This document shows, piece after piece, positions 21,156-32,665 of a stretch of DNA of 34,371 nucleotides (its first letter is position 1; each line of letters opens with the position of its first letter). The notes beneath the pieces are model-generated. The model searched no databases, was not told the origin of the DNA, and saw only the letters and a program-made list of their open reading frames with translations. The DNA lies in contig NIVC01000966.1 of the NCBI GenBank assembly GCA_002269645.1, positions 1 to 34,371 of the forward strand, in the 5' to 3' direction. The DNA is from Macrostomum lignano. Its lineage: Eukaryota. Position numbers and translations under genes: made by a program.

Positions 21156-21910
21156 AGGTCAAGCTGACCTCCTTGGCCCTAACTGGATCCAGAGGTGGTC
21201 AGCTGACTCCCTTGACTCCGCCTGAATCCAGGGGTGGTCAGCTGACCCCCCTTGACCCTAGCTGGATCCATAAGTAGTCAGCTGACCCCCTTGGCCCCAA
21301 CTGGATCCAGAGGTGGCCATCTGACTCCCTTGACTCCGCCTGAATCCAGGGGTGGTCAGCTGACCCCCCTTGACCCTAGCTGGATCCATAAGTAGTCAGC
21401 TGACCCCCTTGGCCCCAACTGGATCCAGAGGTGGTCAGCTGACTCCCTTGACTCCGCCTGAATCCAGAGGTGGTCAGCTGACCCCTAGACCCTAACTGGA
21501 TCCATAAGTGGTCAGCTGACCCCCTAGACCCTAACTGGATCCATAAGTGGTCAGCTGACCCTCTAGACCCTAACTGGATCCATAAGTGGTCAGCTGACCC
21601 CCTGGCCTAACTGGATCCATAAGTGGTCAGCTGACCCCCTAGACCCTAACTGGATCCATAAGTGGTCAGCTGACCCCCTAGACCCTAACTGGATCCATAA
21701 GTGGTCAGCTGACCCTCTAGACCCTAACTGGATCCATAAGTGGTCAGCTGACCCTCTAGACCCTAACTGGATCCATAAGTGGTCAGCTGACCCCCTAGAC
21801 CCTAACTGGATCCATAAGTGGTCAGCTGACCCCCTAGACCCTAACTGGATCCATAAGTGGTCAGCTGACCCCCTTGACTTCGCCTGAATCCAGAGGTGGT
21901 CAGCTGACCT
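21156..21910. repeat. 39-bp minisatellite CTGACCCCCTAGACCCTAACTGGATCCATAAGTGGTCAG, about 19 copies
   Basis: Seen directly; unit junctions form GGTCAGCTGACC. Confidence 0.96.
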
Positions 21911-22428
21911 ATTGGCATTGACCTACTTGGATACAGAGGTTGCTCAAGTGACCCATTTGACCACAGTATTGGCCACTTGTACAAAAAGGTACCTCGTTAA
22001 CAAATATGGTGGCAATTTTCGATTTTCTTAGCAAATTTATGAAAAATAATAAGCTACTAACTGTTTTTTTGAAACGATTCTAGCGTCTGTAGAGAGTGTG
22101 CCAGCTTGGTGTAAACCGTGAGTTCAGTCTTGATCCCGTGCTGGCACGATGTTTTTGGATGAGGCAGCGGCCGTCCATCCATGCTTTCCAAACCAGCGAT
22201 GTAGGAGTCCCTGGGTCCGGGGCTTCGCGGTCAAAGACTAATTGTTGGGACAGTGAAACACAAACACAACCTCGTCGCTTGTGCACGGGACTGCCTCGCT
22301 CCCATGCCGTGATTGCCCTGTTGCTCGTCTGAATTGCCTGCGCCCAGGGCAGGAGAAGCACTTGCTGTAGCTTGCCCGCTGTGTGCCCGCGAGGGCTACG
22401 GCTATTTGGTGGAACACAGCGCGCAGTT

Positions 22429-22987
<559 letters not shown>

Positions 22988-23344
22988 TTGAGGTGCCGGG
23001 CGTGTTTTGATGTACTGCACTGCACCTGACTCACCTGAGTCCAATAATGAGTAACTCTAACTAGCCAGCCAGCCTAACTAACCAAACCGGCCTACTCCGG
23101 TGTACGCTGCTCTGCGTACTTTCTCTCTCTCTCCCTTGGCATGATAATATTCAGTAGTGATAGATTCTGAGTTTTAAGCCCACTTACTAGTTTGTCTTTT
23201 AAGCCTATATATTGGTCTCGCCACCTACCACCTCGTATCTCACTATCATTGCTATATTTCGCTTGTCTCAAATACACAAACTCGTACTTGACTCTAACCA
23301 AGCCCACGGGCGGCCTTGTCATCGTTTACTGGGCGCGACTTGAC

Positions 23345-23722
<378 letters not shown>

Positions 23723-24422
23723 AGCATCAGGAAATTTCGCCGACATCTGACAGAATTATTAAAAAAATCAGTTCTCTTACTAAGAGTAGTGCAGAAATAA
23801 AATCTTCCTATCAATTATTCCGAAGGATAGGCTAGCGACTCAGCGGACTATAGTTGTCTTCATGAGGACTTAAGTCTGTTATCAGCGATACTCTGTTATC
23901 CACATCAGTTCAAAATCGGCAATAAATTACGAGTTAGTATGATGATAAGTTTTATAGTCAATAAACCGGCCCATTTTATTGGTTCTGTGAGCAAATGACT
24001 TCTGCCGGTGTGCGTCTTTGATCCAGAAGCCCTCGGATAAGGACACGAATAGAAGTATAACAACAATGCACTCGATAATAAAGTTGACTGTAAACAAACA
24101 AAAATAAATAAATAATTGTAATAACGCTCAGACTTTGTATACAGCGACTGAAAAATGACAAGTTGGTTAGAAAAAATATTGTTTTTCTCCAACAAATTGT
24201 CCAAATTGAGTTCCGACAGTTTGTCAGCTTTTAAATTACTAATACGTTAAAGATTTCTACTGTCTCAAATTGAGTTGCCCCGTCCGCTCTTCTCATTTCA
24301 AAATATGCTTCAAAATTCTAAAATGTTTTCGAGGTTTTTTCGAGCATCAACTGACTAAAGTGATAGGAATGAAAACAAACAAGTTTTATAAGCAACAGTT
24401 TTTTAACTGCTGCTTGAATCGT

Positions 24423-25185
24423 CTGCAGCTGGCGTCCCCTCCGTAGCTGGCGCCCCCTCTGTAGCTGGCGCCCCCTCTGTAGCTGGCGCCCCCTCTGTAG
24501 CTGGCGTCCCCTCTGTAGCTGGCGTCCCCTCTGTAGCTGGCGCCCCCTCCGTAGCTGGCGTCCCCTCTGTAGCTGGCGCCCCCTCTGTAGCTGGCGCCCC
24601 CTCTGTAGCTGGCGTCCCCTCTGTAGCTGGCGCCCCCTCTGTAGCTGGCGTCCCCTCTGCAGCTGGCGCCCCCTCTGTAGCTGGCGCCCTTCTGTAGCTG
24701 GCGCCCTTCTGTAGCTGGCGCCCTTCTGTAGCTGGCGTCCCTTCTGCAGCTGGCGCCCTTCTGCAGCTGGCGCCCCCTCTGTAGCTGGCGCCCTTCTGTA
24801 GCTGGCGTCCCTTCTGCAGCTGGCGCCCTTCTGCAGCTGGCGCCCCTCTGTAGCTGGCGCCCCCTCTGTAGCTGGCGCCCCCTCCGTAGCTGGCGTCCCC
24901 TCTGTAGCTGGCGCCCCCTCTGTAGCTGGCGCCCCCTCTGCAGCTGGCGCCCCCTCTGTAGCTGGCGCTGACTCTGTAGCTGGCGCCCCCTCTGTAGCTG
25001 GCGCTGACTCTGTAGCTGGAGCCCCCTCTGTAGCTGGCGCCCACTCTGTAGCTGGCGCCCACTCTGTAGCTGGCGCCCTTCTGTAGCTGGCGTCCCTTCT
25101 GCAGCTGGCGCCTTTCTGTAGCTGGCGTCCCTTCTGCAGCTGGCGCCCCTCTGTTGCTGGCGCCTCTCTGTAGCTAGCGCCCTTT
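24423..25185. repeat. 17-18 bp minisatellite GTAGCTGGCGCCCCCTCT, about 43 copies
   Basis: Seen directly. Confidence 0.97.
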
Positions 25186-25229
25186 TCAGGAGTTTTTCAT
25201 GAAGAGGTTAGTTCGAAATGCGCTTCAGA

Positions 25230-25522
25230 TTAATTAATTAACTGATTACACCTGCCCTAATGGGAGATGTGCAGCCGACAGCTCAGCCGCAGCTATTGCG
25301 CGGCGCATCTGAAGGCTGCGTACGGCTGTTTAGTCCAAGGACAGGGGAGGTTGTCACACAAACCCTCAATTACCCTAGCTAATGCCATGGCGCCCATTTT
25401 ACAGCTGGGTAAACTGAAGCAATGCAGAGTTAAATGTCTTGCTCAAGGACAATTGTTCCGATTGTGTCGAGAATCGAACCCCCGACCTTTCAGTCGTGAG
25501 TCCGACGTCTTAGTGGTTAGAA
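25230..25522 (-). mobile_element. tRNA-derived CORE-SINE (MIR-superfamily-like)
   Basis: Minus strand reads B-box GGTTCGATTC (25480-25471), then TGTCCTTGAGCAAGACATTTAACTCTGCATTGCTTCAGTTTACCCAGCTGTAAAATGGG (25451-25393), matching the CORE consensus as I recall it (TGTGACCTTGGGCAAGTCACTTAACCTCTCTGAGCCTCAGTTTCCTCATCTGTAAAATGGG), then a 3' tail ending in (TTAA)n. Possible TSD CGCTTCAGA / CGTTTCAGA (8/9). Confidence 0.82.
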
Positions 25523-25897
25523 CGTTTCAGAAATACGCCGAAAATTTTTCTGCTTTACAACGCCGAAACCCAGACAATAACGAACTCGCTCTGAGAGCAG
25601 AGGAGAGAGGGAAGAGAGAAGAGAGAAAAGAGCTAAGCAGAGACGCAAACCTTGAGAGAGCCGTATTGCAGATGTGAAGTCTCAAAGGACCCGGGGGCCG
25701 GTTAGAGAGGCTTCGAGGGCGTAACTTGCTAGTAACTAGCAAATAACAACGGCTAAATTAAAGCTTGGCGTGAATTTGCGGACAAAATAAGTGAAAAACA
25801 CAATCTGAAGCCGTTTCAAGCAACCAGGACCTGCATTTCTCTTACGACAAGAGAATGAAACTTGTATTTAGTTTAAGCCCATGCATTTGGAATTGTT

Positions 25898-26281
25898 TTA
25901 ATTCACACAGCTAGAATTGTCAGTATTGGGGCTTTCAATCTGCCGTTTTCCATAGCGGAACATGTAAGCTCGCTTTCCGAGCAGGGCTCGCTTTCCGAAC
26001 CGGAACATCTGTCGTTTTCCATAGCGGAACATGCCTCGCTTGTCGCCGGGCTCCGTCAGGTCGGAGCTGTCGTTGGCCTCGGCGGCCTCTTCCGCTGCGA
26101 CGTCCGCTGCGGCTGCGGCGGCGGCGGCGGCAGCGGCGGCCCAGTCAGCCGGAGCGGCCACGAGCCGTTGGTTCGAGCCTCGACCAGAAGGAGCGGCTGA
26201 GACACTCTCAGCCGAGAGTTGAATAGCCAGAGCTAGAAGTAGCAGCAGGGCCACTGGCACCGTTCCACTTGGTTGAGTCAT
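25898..26281 (-). CDS. Amidated neuropeptide precursor (RF/RY-amide type), 127 aa, single coding exon
   Basis: ATG at 26281; signal peptide MTQPSGTVPVALLLLLALAIQLSAESVSA; acidic/Ala spacer; KR-GMFRY-G-KR-QMFRF-G-KR-ALL-G-KR-AYMFRY-G-KR with dibasic cleavage sites and Gly amidation donors; stop TAA. Confidence 0.95.
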   Translation of the reverse strand: MTQPSGTVPVALLLLLALAIQLSAESVSAAPSGRGSNQRLVAAPADWAAAAAAAAAAAADVAAEEAAEANDSSDLTEPGDKRGMFRYGKRQMFRFGKRALLGKRAYMFRYGKRQIESPNTDNSSCVN

Positions 26282-26334
26282 GATGACGGACTGGCTTGAG
26301 TTGTTTTCTGTCTGATTTTCCTGGCGCGAGATTT

Positions 26335-26385
26335 GAATGAGCAAGAAAAATTCGAGTTTAAATGCTCATTGCGGGCAGCCAATGA
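26335..26385 (-). promoter_or_regulatory. Candidate core promoter of the neuropeptide gene
   Basis: Inr-like TCATTC (26340-26335), TATA-like CATTTAAA about 26 nt upstream, CCAAT near 26378. Motif match only. Confidence 0.35.
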
Positions 26386-26569
26386 GGGGCCAAGTGGGTG
26401 TTGCGTGGAGATGTCTTCTGGATTGGCGCAAATCGATATCTATGCGAAGGATGCTAGCGAAGCGCTAGAGACACACACTTCTCATGCTGTGAGCTGTTTG
26501 TCTGTTTTACGGAGGAGACATGGCTCTTACCTGTTAGACAACTTGGCCGCATGTTAGACAGCTGGGTGT

Positions 26570-27213
26570 CATCTGTTAGATATGAATTCCACGTGGTAGA
26601 TGGGGGCCAGGTACATGATAGACAGGAGTGCCACCTGTTAGACAGGAGTGTCGCCTGTTAGACAGGAGTGTCCCCTGTTAGACAGGAGTGTCACCTGTTA
26701 GACAGGAGTGTCCCCTGTTAGACAGGAGTGTCCCCTGTTAGACAGGAGTGTCCCCTGTTAGACAGGAGTGTCACCTGTTAGACAAGATAGTTTCGCCTGT
26801 TAGATAGGAGTGTCCCCTGTTAGACAGGAGTGTCCCCTGTTAGACAGGAGTGCCACCTGTTAGACAGGAGTGTCCCCTGTTAGACAGGAGTGTCCCCTGT
26901 TAGACAGGAGTGTCACCTGTTAGACAGGAGTGTCCCCTGTTAGACAGGAGTGTCCCATGTTAGACAGGAGTGCCCCCTGTTAGACAGGAGTGTCCCCTGT
27001 TAGACAGGAGTGTCCCCTGTTAGACAGGAGTGTCCCCTGTTAGACAGGAGTGTCCCCTGTTAGACAGGAGTGTCCCCTGTTAGACAGGAGTGTCACCTGT
27101 TAGACAGGAGTGTCCCCTGTTAGACAGGAGTGTCCCCTGTTAGACAGGAGTGTCCCCTGTTAGACAGGAGTGTCCCCTGTTAGACAGGAGTGTCCCCTGT
27201 TAGACAGGAGTGC
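26570..27213. repeat. 20-bp minisatellite CCTGTTAGACAGGAGTGTCC, about 29 regular copies plus degenerate ones
   Basis: Seen directly. Confidence 0.97.
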
Positions 27214-27789
27214 CAGCTTCAAGTTGTACATGAGCATCATCAGTTTGGAAAGGATTAATCCCCTGGTTGGATTCTAGATTAAAGAAGAAAACCTAGTTGG
27301 ATTTATTAAAGAAAACGTTTTGAGACACAGTTTTCAGTTCCGGTGACAGATGGCAAGTTTACTTTGCTCTCTAAATTTAGCAAACAATTTTCAATTCAAA
27401 AATATGCATTTCCAGAGCAGAGAAATCTAATATAACATGCGGTCAACAATCCGAACTCAGTCTTGAGAGATTAGCCGAGCAGAATTTGATCGAATAGTTG
27501 AGTAGCGAGGCGACTGAAACCCGAGACGCGAATGCGAACTTGAGGTTTACTCAAGTAAGATGGCCATCTGGTCCGCGGCATCTGTTGCTGGGGGGGGATG
27601 CCAAATAGACATTCGATATTCGAGACTGACTTCTGCCTTTGGGTTAAGTGGATTCTTAAAAGTGCTTTTGAAGAAAAAATGACGACCGTAAATGCGGGAT
27701 TAAAACTTGACGGCTGCAACTAAAATGTTTAAAACATTCACGATTGCTTCTAGGAGGAAGCGGTCAGATGGCCAAGTACTCAGAGATGA

Positions 27790-28308
27790 TGACTCAGATG
27801 GCTGACAAGAACTCAAATGATAAATTGCTCAGATGGCTGACAAGAACTCAAATGAAGAATTGCTCAGATGGCTGACAAGATCTCAAATGAACAATTGCTC
27901 AGATGGCTGACAAGATCTCAAATGAAGAATTGCTCAGATGGCTGACAAGATCTCAAATGAACAATTGCTCAGATGGCTGACAAGATCTCAAATGATGAAT
28001 TGCTCAGATGGCTGACAAGAACTCAAATGATGAATTGCTCAGATGACTGACAAGATCTCAAATGAACAATTGCTCAGATGGCTGACAAGATCTCAAATGA
28101 AGAATTGCTCAGATGGCTGACAAGATCTCAAATGAACAATTGCTCAGATGGCTGACAAGAACTCAAATGAACAAATGCTCAGATGGCTGACAAGATCTCA
28201 AATGAACAATTGCTCAGATGGTTGACAAGAACTCAAATGAACAAATGCTCAGATGGCTGACAAGATCTCAAATGAACAATTGCTCAGATGGCTGACAAGA
28301 TCTCAAAT
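27790..28308. repeat. 35-bp minisatellite TGCTCAGATGGCTGACAAGATCTCAAATGAACAAT, about 15 copies
   Basis: Seen directly. Confidence 0.96.
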
Positions 28309-28689
28309 TATTCATCAACCAATTTAGATTTTCATGGAATGAACTACAGACTTGAATTTTACACCACGAATCACTGACTATAAAGTGAAATGCTGCTCAA
28401 AGCAACACGCCTGCCATTTGTTCTGCCAAGTGTAAAAAGTCAAAAAGAATCGAAAAAATTATAATCATACGGTTCGACACATTTTCTTCTTTTCAAGATT
28501 CTTAGAGGAAATGAGTTTCCAGTTTAACGAGCAGATTGATTTCTTAGAGCGCTGAATTTTTCCATGACATTCACAGAATCTCATACCACTTTTTGACATT
28601 TTTTGGCGAAAAAACTACAAGGATTGTTCTAGAAGCTTAACGAGCGAATGGATTCAAAGAACGTGTGAATACAGGTTAGTTATCCACTA

Positions 28690-29038
28690 GCTGTAAGGGG
28701 GACAGAGGGAAGCTAGGGACTGAGGGGAGGGGACAGGAGAGGACAGAGGGGATGAGACAGGAGGGGAAAGAGGGACAGAGGAGAGGGCACAGAGGGGACA
28801 GGGAGGGGGCACAAGAGGATGGAAGGGTACAGGAGACAGAAGGGGACACAAGAGGACAGAAGGGGACAGAAGGGAACAGAAGGGGACAGAAGGGGACAGA
28901 AGAGAACAGAAGGGGACAGAAGGGGACAGAAGGGGACAGAAGGGGACAGAAGAGAACAGAAGGGGACAGAAGGGGACAGAAGAGAACAGAAGGGGACAGA
29001 AGGGGACAGAGGGGACAGAAGGGAACAGAAGGGGACAG
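28690..29038. repeat. Purine-rich 10-bp repeat AGAAGGGGAC with degenerate 5' part
   Basis: Seen directly. Confidence 0.93.
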
Positions 29039-30447
29039 CATGTCCGTGCGCTAAGCCACGTATTGTTTATAAGAGTCAATAGGCAGTCAGTAAGTCAGTC
29101 AGGCGCCTGATCTAAACTTAGAATTCGCAGTCCCGACTCTCTGCGTGGCGTGTATTTGCCTGTATATTTACGCTTGCTACTATTGATAAGTAGTAGAGTT
29201 AATGAGCATGAAACAACGAACGCCATTCAATGATAAACTGTCTGATGATGTATTGAAGAAAGTTTAATATGAATATGATTCGCAGGAAGTTATCGTATAG
29301 TGTGAGCCTAAAATGCCGTTATAACAACTCTTTGCACAGAACACACTCGTACTTGTCTACTGCTGGCAAGTATTACAATTCGAGCAATTTTTATTGGAAA
29401 GAAAATCCGATTAAAGCATTGAAGCGAAGGCAGTGAGCAGGGATCGCGGTGGCTGGTCCTGCCCTCGAGTCGGTTTGCCTCGAGCTCCAAATCAGACTGT
29501 CAAATGCAGCTGAATTTTTGTCCTGAAGAAAAAATGAGACGAATAAAGCAGTTCTGTACAAATACAGCAGTGCTTTATGCCGGGTTGGACAATGAGTTTC
29601 ATTAAAATAGCTGGAGAACCCCAATACATTGGCATCATGGACGTCTGAAGTAGAGATCGGGACTGCGCTTCACTCGCGTATCTCACTAAGGACTACTTAG
29701 GTAGATGGACAGGAAACCGAATTTTGTTGGAAATTTTAGGATGCAGGCTTTACCGAAAGAATATGCATTACAGAAAATGGCGTTTTTAATTTCTCAACTC
29801 AAAACAAAAAAGGTATTGCGTTTGGTTCTGTTAAACATTTTCTTACACTCCTTCCGGACTTCTAAATTGCAAAAGAAACCTCAGTCAGAAAGCAAATCTT
29901 TGTACAAAATCCATATTTGATTTTAACAAATGAATACAACCATAAACTCTTGCTTGCTTCATTTGCGATTCAAAATTCCGATCTGAAAAGCTATCCATCT
30001 CGCCAGTGCAGACCTTCTGTTTCAGTTGACCAAGTTAAACGGTGCGCGCAATGTTGCGGAAAACAGAGAACAGTGCAAAATTGCTAACATGGTGTGAGGC
30101 GTGTTACTGTATTTATTGTGTGAAATCAGCGGTTAATTTCATGTCAAAAAGTTTATGTTAATCTACAACGAACAATTTGAGGTCTTGACGGTCGCGTCAA
30201 ACTTTAACGCCAGCTTGTCAGCTTGAAGCATGTCAGCTCGGCCCAGGTAAAGTTCTTCGCGGAACTAAAATGGTTAGGAGAAGCGTGAAAAAAGCAGGAG
30301 CTGGTTATATCTAAGAGAAAGACGTGATTAAGTGCAGCGTATATGTGCAGTGTTAGATAAATTGTTTGTTAGTTGCAAATATTTCTATTAAAGCTGAAAA
30401 TTACTTCCAATCAATGCGACTAGCGAGTGTGCACTTCTCCCACTGTA

Positions 30448-30695
30448 CATTTAAGCTATCCTGACTAGCGAATGTACATTTAATCTTCATTGCGCCTTAA
30501 GAATGGCAGGAGTGTACATTTAAGCTATCCTGACTAGCGAATGTACATTTAATCTTCATTGCGCCTTAAGAATGGCAGGAGTGTACATTTAAGCTAAACC
30601 TGACTAGCGAATGTACATTTAATCTTCATTGCGCCTTAAGAATGGCAGGAGTGTACATTTAAGCTAAACCTGACTAGCGAATGTACATTTAATCC
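30448..30695. repeat. 69-71 bp tandem repeat, about 3.5 copies, each with two TGTACATTTAA subunits
   Basis: Seen directly. Confidence 0.92.
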
Positions 30696-31300
30696 TTTTT
30701 TGTGCCTTGTGCCCGATATACTCGCACAGAAGTAGGGTACTGACTCAAACAAAAAAGAAGTTAAAAGGAAATCAGAGAGGAAAAACCAGCAATGAAACTT
30801 TGACACTTACCTGCTGTCTTCAAAGATAAACAACACCAAAACCACAACCGAGAATGAATGCGTAAGTAAGAAAAAAGCGCATTTTGTGTCTCTTAATTTA
30901 AATTTATCGTACGAATATTGCTTATGTTGGTGAATCAGCACTAATTCTAATTCGGCGTGCCTTTCACCCATGCAAATCAACGTCTATTGAATTAATGCTC
31001 TGAGATACAGTTACACAAAGCTCTTCTTGATTGTATTGCACATGTTAAACCCTAATTCTGCATGCAAGCTTGTGGAGCTCAAGACACAGTGAACCGAATC
31101 GCAGGAAATGGTTAAACAGTATTGAAACTACAGTTTTAATACGCATGCGCAGCACCAGTGTTAAGAAAGTGTTAGTATACAGATAGACCTTCATATTTAA
31201 AGTTATTGCCAAGTGAGTAAAAAGGAAAGCGTGCACAACCAGAGCCACAGATTAGTGTTAGGAACTCAAACAATGTTGGTTAGGCACTAAAGGTCGGTTA

Positions 31301-31497
31301 TCACACGGGACCAAGATTGATGCAGGAGATACCTTCGTCTGAGCTGAAGCAGCTGGGGCAGTGCAGCTGATCGCGTCTGACTCGAACGTCCGCACCGGAG
31401 CTGCCGTTGCCAAGCGGGGTGTTGCAGACGCTGCAGCGAAAGCATTTCACGTGATAGAACAGCTGCAGCGTCTCGATGGCCATCGCTGCTCCCGAGC
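31301..31497 (-). CDS. LIM-domain exon of an LMO7/LIMCH1/Smallish-like gene
   Basis: Acceptor TACACAG|GC. Joined to the previous exon gives CSHCRQELGSGAAMAIETLQLFYHVKCFRCSVCNTPLGNGSSGADVRVRRDQLHCPSC, a complete LIM closely resembling the LMO7 family (CSYC..LGKGAAMIIESLGLCYHLHCFKC..C..DLGGSSSGAEVRIRN..LYC..C, from memory). Ends at TGA 31301-31303 or splices at a weak donor at 31333. Confidence 0.92.
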
Positions 31498-31659
31498 CTG
31501 TGTAGTTGGTAGAAATCCCAGAGGCGGAAAAGTGTGGTATTTTACAATTTGTCCAATTGCATCTTGATAGCATTTTAACAGTGATCACGCGGTACGTGCA
31601 TGGTTTAAGGTCAACAGCTATAAATATAAGATAGCAGAACAAATTTGAGCTTTGCACAG

Positions 31660-31832
31660 ATTGGTACAAAGGTCTCTGATTGGTACAAAGGTCTCTGATT
31701 GGCACAAAGGTCTCTGATTGGCACAAAGGTCTCTGATTGGTACAAAGGTCTCTGATTGGCACAAAGGTCTCTGATTGGTACAAAGGTCTCTGATTGGCAC
31801 AAAGGTCTCTGATTGGTACAAATGTTGGTACA
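31660..31832. repeat. 19-bp minisatellite TTGG(T/C)ACAAAGGTCTCTGA, about 8 copies, intronic
   Basis: Seen directly. Confidence 0.96.
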
Positions 31833-31923
31833 AGTTATTTTGTATGAATTTTAAAACCGATTTAGGCAATAGCTATATTCAAATCTCCATCAATTTCAAC
31901 AAATATCAAAAACTGATTCTTAC

Positions 31924-32324
31924 CCAACTCTTGACGACAGTGGGAGCACAACTGCCGGCTGCTCACTTGCTGCTGCTGACGCGCGGCTGCCGACCCCATT
32001 GTTCCAGCCTCCATTTGTCCGACTGCCGACCACCGGATCCGGTGCGCCTCTCGGTGGCAAAGGCGGCGGCGGCAACGGACCACGAGCGGCAGCTGTGCCT
32101 CTGGCTGCAGGAATATGCTGCTGCTGCTGCTGCTGCTGCTGGATCGGGGGATGGTTCTGCAGCTGGCGCGGTTGCCTGCCCACAGTCATGGTTGCCGTAG
32201 GCGCTGCAGCCACCCTCATCCGTGAATCCTTGACCACAACCTGATGCGACAGTGGGTGCTGCTGCTGCTGCACCGCTCGCAAGTGCGCGGGACACCAAAT
32301 TTTGGATCCCATTCGGCCGAATGT
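31924..32324 (-). CDS. Exon of the LIM gene with Q/P-rich linker and first LIM cysteines; reading frame of the 5' part uncertain
   Basis: Strong acceptor TTTCTACCATCTCTCTACCAG| at 32324. 3' end encodes VSSRQLCSHCRQELG (cf. LMO7 VSGKRICSYC), donor TTGG|GTAAGA, phase 1, matching the next exon. Confidence 0.72.
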
Positions 32325-32665
32325 CTGGTAGAGAGATGGTAGAAACATTGCAAATAAACAAAAGATGCGAATGATGTTTTGCAGAAACACTCAGTATATT
32401 CTTAAACGTACTGCTAAACATACTACAATCGCAAATCAGCCAAGTTGTTGATGAAAAGCACTGAAAAGTCAATAGGGCCTTCAGAATTCGCGATTAAAAC
32501 GTCATTTCCTGGTCGCCAAGTTAAATCGCCGTTTAGACGCATCTCACAAACTTTTAATAAGAGCTGATATTACAATATAAAATTCTTGGATTCAAGCTTA
32601 TTAACAGAGCATTTGATGAAGATTTTAATCTCAAAACTTAAACAAAGTAATGTCTTCAAACCGAC

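Noticed and set aside
21156-21910. CRISPR-like appearance of 35-39 bp repeats (also 27790-28308 and 30448-30695)
   Set aside because: Units are head-to-tail with no unique spacers, no cas genes are present, and the context is eukaryotic.
25440-25524. Functional tRNA gene
   Set aside because: No acceptor stem, inverted A-box, and directly followed by a CORE domain, so it is a SINE head.
27471-27719. 82-aa minus-strand ORF, and other short ORFs at 344-580, 7300-7521, 13892-14110, 23905-24204, 29308-29920 and 31045-31248
   Set aside because: No domain resemblance, no convincing splice context, and lengths expected by chance.
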